32,000 nt of DNA from Bacillus subtilis subsp. subtilis str. 168 (GTDB lineage Bacteria; Bacillota; Bacilli; Bacillales; Bacillaceae), in assembly GCF_000009045.1 (NCBI RefSeq), contig NC_000964.3:3660001-3692000 (forward strand). The letters run 5' to 3'. The notes below the pieces were generated by a model. It searched no databases, was not told the DNA's origin, and saw only the letters and a program-made list of their open reading frames with translations. Below are positions 27,597-32,000 of the stretch, piece after piece. The translations under genes and the position numbers were made by a program. The first letter of the stretch is position 1; every line of letters begins with the position of its first letter.

Positions 27597-28547
27597 TTAA
27601 ATATGAGACACGATAAGGGTACAAGTTCCTTTTATCGTAAAATCGGGCATTTGAGCCGGCAAAATAAAGTGATCACCTTTTTTGAGCGGACATGTTTTGT
27701 CCTCATACTTGAGCAAACCGCTTCCTTCTATCACGCTGCAAATCAGAAAGGATTCATCCTGAGCCATTTCAGCTTCGCCATTGATGTCCCATTTATAAAC
27801 CGAAAAATATTCCCCTTGGACAAATGTTTTAATGGTTATTCCTTTTCTTGATTCTGTCGATTCATCTATATACCCGTCCACATGGGGAACCGTGGCGGCA
27901 TTGACCGCTTTGGCAAAATGAAGCTCTCTCGGACTTCCGTTGCTATCAAGACGGTCATAATCGTACACCCGGTATGTGGCATCTGAATTTTGCTGAGTCT
28001 CTAAAACAAGGGCCCCCTTGCACAATGCGTGCAGCGTTCCGCTCGGCACATAATAGAAATCACCCGGTTTAATTTTGATTCTTCGCAGCAGGCCCTCCCA
28101 GTCACCGCTGTTGATCATTGTGACAAGTTCGGTTTTTGAGCGGGCCGTATGCCCGTAAATGATTTCTGCGTTTTCCTTACAGTCGATAATGTACCAGCAT
28201 TCCGTCTTGCCGAGTTCTCCCTCTTCGTTTTCTCCGGCATAGTAATCATCAGGGTGAACTTTAATTGACGTATCTTCCTTCACATCCAGCAGCTTTGTCA
28301 GAAGCGGAAACCGATCCCCCTCTACGCCGCCGAATACTTCACGGTGCTCTTCCCAAAGCTCGATCAATGTCTTTCCTTTATACGGGCCATTTGCAACAGT
28401 GCTCGGTCCTTTTGGATGAGCGGAAATGGCCCAGCATTCCCCCGTTGATTCTGAAGGAATACTGTATCCAAATCTATCTCGTAAAGCGGTTCCGCCCCAG
28501 ATTTTTTCTTTAAACACAGGCGTTAGAAAAATCGGTGATTGCGTCAT
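27597..28547 (-). CDS. pmi: Type I mannose-6-phosphate isomerase (316 aa)
   Basis: 'MTQSPIFLTPVFKEKIWGGTALRDRFGY ... ECWAISAHPKG ... DVKEDTSIKVHPDDYYAG ... GELGKTECWYIIDC ... FYYVPSGTLHAL'. Confidence 0.94.
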   Translation of the reverse strand: MTQSPIFLTPVFKEKIWGGTALRDRFGYSIPSESTGECWAISAHPKGPSTVANGPYKGKTLIELWEEHREVFGGVEGDRFPLLTKLLDVKEDTSIKVHPDDYYAGENEEGELGKTECWYIIDCKENAEIIYGHTARSKTELVTMINSGDWEGLLRRIKIKPGDFYYVPSGTLHALCKGALVLETQQNSDATYRVYDYDRLDSNGSPRELHFAKAVNAATVPHVDGYIDESTESRKGITIKTFVQGEYFSVYKWDINGEAEMAQDESFLICSVIEGSGLLKYEDKTCPLKKGDHFILPAQMPDFTIKGTCTLIVSHI

Positions 28548-28811
28548 GATCCGTACCCCTCCCCTGTAAATAACTGATCATCATTTTCCCGGTGCGCCCC
28601 TCTTACAAACGCCCGTATAAGCTGCCTTTTTCCTATGACAACATATGTACAAAGCATCATCTTTTCATTACCCCTTCAAAGAAAACGCTTCCTATCTATT
28701 ATATCACGTCGAAAAGAAGCTTTGTTTCAGCCTTTTCCTCGATAAGAATAATTCTCCTTTTTTGATACAAATTAATAAAAACCGTCAATATGTTTAAGAA
28801 GGAGAGAAACT

Positions 28812-30263
28812 ATGCAAATCGACTCTGATCTCCAGAACAATTTAGACACACTGAAAAAAACATTGGGACAAAACGACGATATGATGTTTTATACATTTGC
28901 TTTCGGAGATAGCAGACAAAAGGCGTGTTTACTGTATATTGACGGTCTGACAGAGAATAAAATGCTGGCGCAATACGTCATTTCTCCTTTACAAAAAGAG
29001 GCGTTGGCCCATAAGGAATGCTCGATTGAAGACTTATCCGCCTTTTTTTTCGGCTTTCACCACAGCGTTGTTTCTACAATGAAAGAAATAGAGCAGCTCG
29101 TTTTTTCAGGGCAAGCCATTTTGCTCGCTGATGGCTATCGCGGAGGATTAGCTTTCGACACAAAGTCAGTCGCAACACGCAGTCTTGATGAACCCTCCTC
29201 CGAAGTCGTGGAACGCGGCCCTAAAATAGGATTTATTGAAAAGCTGCGGACAAACACGGCGCTTTTGCGTGAACGGACGAGTGATCCTAATCTCGTCATC
29301 AAAGAAATGACACTCGGAAAAAGGACCAAAAAGAAAATCGCTGTCGCTTATATTCAGGATATCGCCCCAGATTATGTCGTCAAAGAAGTGTTTAAAAGGC
29401 TGAAATCAGTCAATATAGATAATTTGCCGGAATCGGGGACGCTTGAACAGCTGATTGAAGACGAACCATTTTCAATTTTCCCCACAATATTAAGCACAGA
29501 ACGACCGGACCGGGTCGAAAGTTCTCTATTAGAAGGGCGAGTGTCCATATTAGTGGATGGTACGCCGTTTGCTTTGATTGTACCGGCTACGGTTGACGAA
29601 TTTATTCATTCGCCCGATGATTACAGCCAGCGCTGGATCCCAATGTCACTTGTACGCCTTCTTCGTTATTCCAGCATCCTGATCACCATTTATTTGCCCG
29701 GTCTGTATATTTCTCTCGTTTCTTTTCACACCGGGCTATTGCCGACTAGAATGGCCATTTCCATTGCAGGCAGCAGGCTTAACGTACCATTCCCGCCTTT
29801 TGTAGAGGCCTTTATCATGATCTTTACGATCGAATTGATTCGAGAAGCCGGATTAAGGCTGCCTAAGCCGATTGGACAGACAATTGGCCTTATCGGCGGC
29901 GTTGTCATCGGACAGGCAGCTGTTCAGGCGCAAATTGTCAGTGCGCTTATGGTCATTGTCGTTTCTGTCACAGCACTGGCATCCTTTACCGTTCCTTCAT
30001 ACGCCTATAACTTTCCGCTGCGGATCATTCGGATCGGGGTTATGATAAGTGCAACAGCGCTTGGCATGTACGGCGTTATAATGGTTTATCTGTTTGTGAT
30101 CGGCCATCTCATGCGCCTGAAAAGCTTTGGCCAGGATTACATTATCCCGATCATGGCGCAGCCTGGACAGGATTTGAAAGACACAGTCATCCGTATTCCC
30201 ACGATGTTTTTAAAAAGAAGACCGACACGAAACGATCCCGAAGATAACATCAGACAAAGGTGA
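28812..30263 (+). CDS. gerBA: Spore germination receptor A subunit GerBA (483 aa)
   Basis: GerA-family: 'SKRT...KIAVAYIQDIAPDYVVKEVFKRL...DEPFSIFPTILSTERPDRVESSLLEGRVSILVDGTPFALIVPA', then membrane domain. Confidence 0.95.
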   Translation: MQIDSDLQNNLDTLKKTLGQNDDMMFYTFAFGDSRQKACLLYIDGLTENKMLAQYVISPLQKEALAHKECSIEDLSAFFFGFHHSVVSTMKEIEQLVFSGQAILLADGYRGGLAFDTKSVATRSLDEPSSEVVERGPKIGFIEKLRTNTALLRERTSDPNLVIKEMTLGKRTKKKIAVAYIQDIAPDYVVKEVFKRLKSVNIDNLPESGTLEQLIEDEPFSIFPTILSTERPDRVESSLLEGRVSILVDGTPFALIVPATVDEFIHSPDDYSQRWIPMSLVRLLRYSSILITIYLPGLYISLVSFHTGLLPTRMAISIAGSRLNVPFPPFVEAFIMIFTIELIREAGLRLPKPIGQTIGLIGGVVIGQAAVQAQIVSALMVIVVSVTALASFTVPSYAYNFPLRIIRIGVMISATALGMYGVIMVYLFVIGHLMRLKSFGQDYIIPIMAQPGQDLKDTVIRIPTMFLKRRPTRNDPEDNIRQR

Positions 30264-30268
30264 TGGCT

Positions 30269-31375
30269 ATGAGGAAATCAGAGCATAAACTGACATTTAT
30301 GCAGACGCTCATTATGATCAGCAGCACATTGATTGGTGCCGGGGTGCTGACCCTTCCCCGCTCAGCCGCCGAAACCGGCAGTCCGAGCGGATGGCTAATG
30401 ATACTGCTCCAGGGCGTTATTTTTATTATCATCGTTCTGCTTTTTTTGCCTTTTCTTCAAAAAAACAGCGGAAAAACTCTTTTTAAGCTCAACAGCATTG
30501 TAGCTGGAAAATTCATCGGCTTTCTATTGAATTTATATATCTGTCTATATTTCATTGGGATTGTTTGCTTTCAAGCTCGGATTTTGGGAGAGGTTGTCGG
30601 ATTCTTTTTGTTGAAAAATACGCCAATGGCAGTTGTGGTGTTTATATTTCTTGCAGTTGCCATCTATCATGTAGGCGGAGGCGTTTATTCAATTGCAAAA
30701 GTATACGCTTATATTTTTCCTATAACCCTTATTATTTTTATGATGCTTCTGATGTTCAGCTTTCGCTTGTTCCAGCTTGATTTTATCCGGCCGGTATTTG
30801 AAGGAGGCTATCAAAGCTTTTTCTCTTTATTCCCAAAAACATTATTATATTTCTCCGGATTTGAAATCATTTTTTACCTGGTCCCCTTTATGAGAGATCC
30901 AAAGCAAGTGAAAAAGGCTGTTGCTCTGGGCATCGCGACTTCCACATTGTTCTACAGCATTACTTTGCTCATTGTGATTGGCTGTATGACTGTGGCTGAG
31001 GCAAAAACGGTGACATGGCCGACCATTTCCCTTATTCACGCATTAGAGGTTCCGGGTATTTTTATTGAACGATTTGATTTGTTCTTACAGCTGACCTGGA
31101 CAGCCCAGCAATTTGCCTGTATGCTCGGATCCTTTAAAGGCGCCCATATCGGGTTAACGGAAATCTTTCATCTAAAAAATAAAAACAATGCATGGCTGCT
31201 GACTGCAATGCTGGCTGCGACGTTTTTCATAACGATGTATCCCAAGGACTTGAATGACGTGTTTTATTACGGGACGCTTCTTGGATATGCTTTCTTAATT
31301 GTGATTACAATTCCATTCTTCGTCTGGTTTTTAAGCTGGATACAGAAAAAAATAGGGAGGGGGCAGCTGCAATGA
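30269..31375 (+). CDS. gerBB: Spore germination receptor B subunit GerBB (368 aa)
   Basis: 'MRKSEHKLTFMQTLIMISSTLIGAGVLTLPRSAAETGSPSGWLM', GerB/amino-acid permease family. AAAGGTGAT before the ATG at 30269; overlap with the gerBA stop suggests coupling. Confidence 0.93.
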   Translation: MRKSEHKLTFMQTLIMISSTLIGAGVLTLPRSAAETGSPSGWLMILLQGVIFIIIVLLFLPFLQKNSGKTLFKLNSIVAGKFIGFLLNLYICLYFIGIVCFQARILGEVVGFFLLKNTPMAVVVFIFLAVAIYHVGGGVYSIAKVYAYIFPITLIIFMMLLMFSFRLFQLDFIRPVFEGGYQSFFSLFPKTLLYFSGFEIIFYLVPFMRDPKQVKKAVALGIATSTLFYSITLLIVIGCMTVAEAKTVTWPTISLIHALEVPGIFIERFDLFLQLTWTAQQFACMLGSFKGAHIGLTEIFHLKNKNNAWLLTAMLAATFFITMYPKDLNDVFYYGTLLGYAFLIVITIPFFVWFLSWIQKKIGRGQLQ

Positions 31376-32000
31376 AAACAGCATCAAAATTCTCCGTCAT
31401 GTTTTTTATGCTGCTGGCCCTCTGCGGCTGCTGGGATGTCAAAGATATCGAGCAACTATCCTTCGCCAGAGGGCTGGCGATCGATGAGACAAATGATCAC
31501 CAGTACAAACTGACGTATCAAAATCTTCTTCCCCAAAGCGAAGACAGCCAAGCATCCGGAAAACCCGAATTTGTTAATGTAACGTCCCACGGGAAAACGA
31601 TTCTGGAAGCAGTCAGTGATGTATCCATCAAGGACCCTCCTGTTTATAGCGATCATTTAAAAGTGATCCTTCTGGGAGAAAAACTGATGAGGAATCAAAA
31701 TGTAGACCAAGTCCTCAACCACTTTATCCGGGATGATGAGCTGCGGCGAAGCAGCTATTTGATGGCAGCCAGAGGGAATGCAGCTGATGTTTTCACAAAA
31801 GGAAACCCCAATCAGCAGCAGCCGATGCCCTCCGAAAAACTGATTGATTTGACAACTCACAGCGGATATAACGGTAAGATTATGATACCGCTGCGCATCG
31901 GAAGAGCTTCTGTCTACTCTCAGAACGGGTACAGTTATCTTATTCAAGCCGTGAAAAACGAAAAGGGAAAAGCCAAGTATGACGGAGCAGGCATTATCAA
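31372..32000 (+). CDS. gerBC: Spore germination receptor C subunit GerBC (lipoprotein), truncated at the window edge
   Basis: ATG at 31372 overlaps the gerBB TGA (ATGA). Encodes 'MKTASKFSVMFFMLLALCGCWDVKDIEQLSFARGLAIDE', with lipobox and GerAC-type N-terminus. Confidence 0.95.
   Translation, partial: MKTASKFSVMFFMLLALCGCWDVKDIEQLSFARGLAIDETNDHQYKLTYQNLLPQSEDSQASGKPEFVNVTSHGKTILEAVSDVSIKDPPVYSDHLKVILLGEKLMRNQNVDQVLNHFIRDDELRRSSYLMAARGNAADVFTKGNPNQQQPMPSEKLIDLTTHSGYNGKIMIPLRIGRASVYSQNGYSYLIQAVKNEKGKAKYDGAGII

Noticed and set aside
28750-28811. Possible sigma-G promoter upstream of gerBA (TGATAC...CAATAT)
   Set aside because: gerB is expected to be forespore-expressed, but the motif match here is weak and I could not fix a convincing -35/-10 pair by eye.

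Overview
This window is the major cell-wall / wall-teichoic-acid (WTA) locus of Bacillus subtilis, with gene order and protein lengths matching a 168-type strain. Order: lytC(3' part missing) < lytB < lytA < | > lytR > < mnaA | gtaB > | < ggaB < ggaA | yvzE > | < tagH < tagG < tagF < tagE < tagD | > tagA > tagB > tagC | < lytD < pmi | > gerBA > gerBB > gerBC (partial). Almost all intact genes belong to well-known families, and I see no undescribed defence system, CRISPR array, rRNA, tRNA or mobile element. The most interesting signal is in the segments that ORF callers leave empty around ggaAB (about 6.55-7.15 kb and 11.4-12.9 kb). They contain a decaying second copy of a WTA cluster: the 3' end of tagH, a tagG pseudogene plus its leader, a TagF/TarF-like glycerophosphotransferase pseudogene, an internally deleted tagD/tarD-like pseudogene, and a piece of the divergent tagA-tagD intergenic region. 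This block is bounded by a gapless ~663 bp direct repeat (3' gtaB + terminator + tagH 3' end) at a constant 7018 bp offset. Recombination across the repeat would delete ggaAB and restore an intact gtaB/tagH junction. Other notable sequence-level signals are a LexA-like box inside the spacer of a tagC (dinC) promoter, matching sigma-D-like promoters at lytA and lytD, a sigma-B-like promoter at gtaB, and a perfect 14-bp hairpin between tagD and tagE. I cannot exclude that the pseudogene remnants have already been noted in published 168/W23 comparisons.
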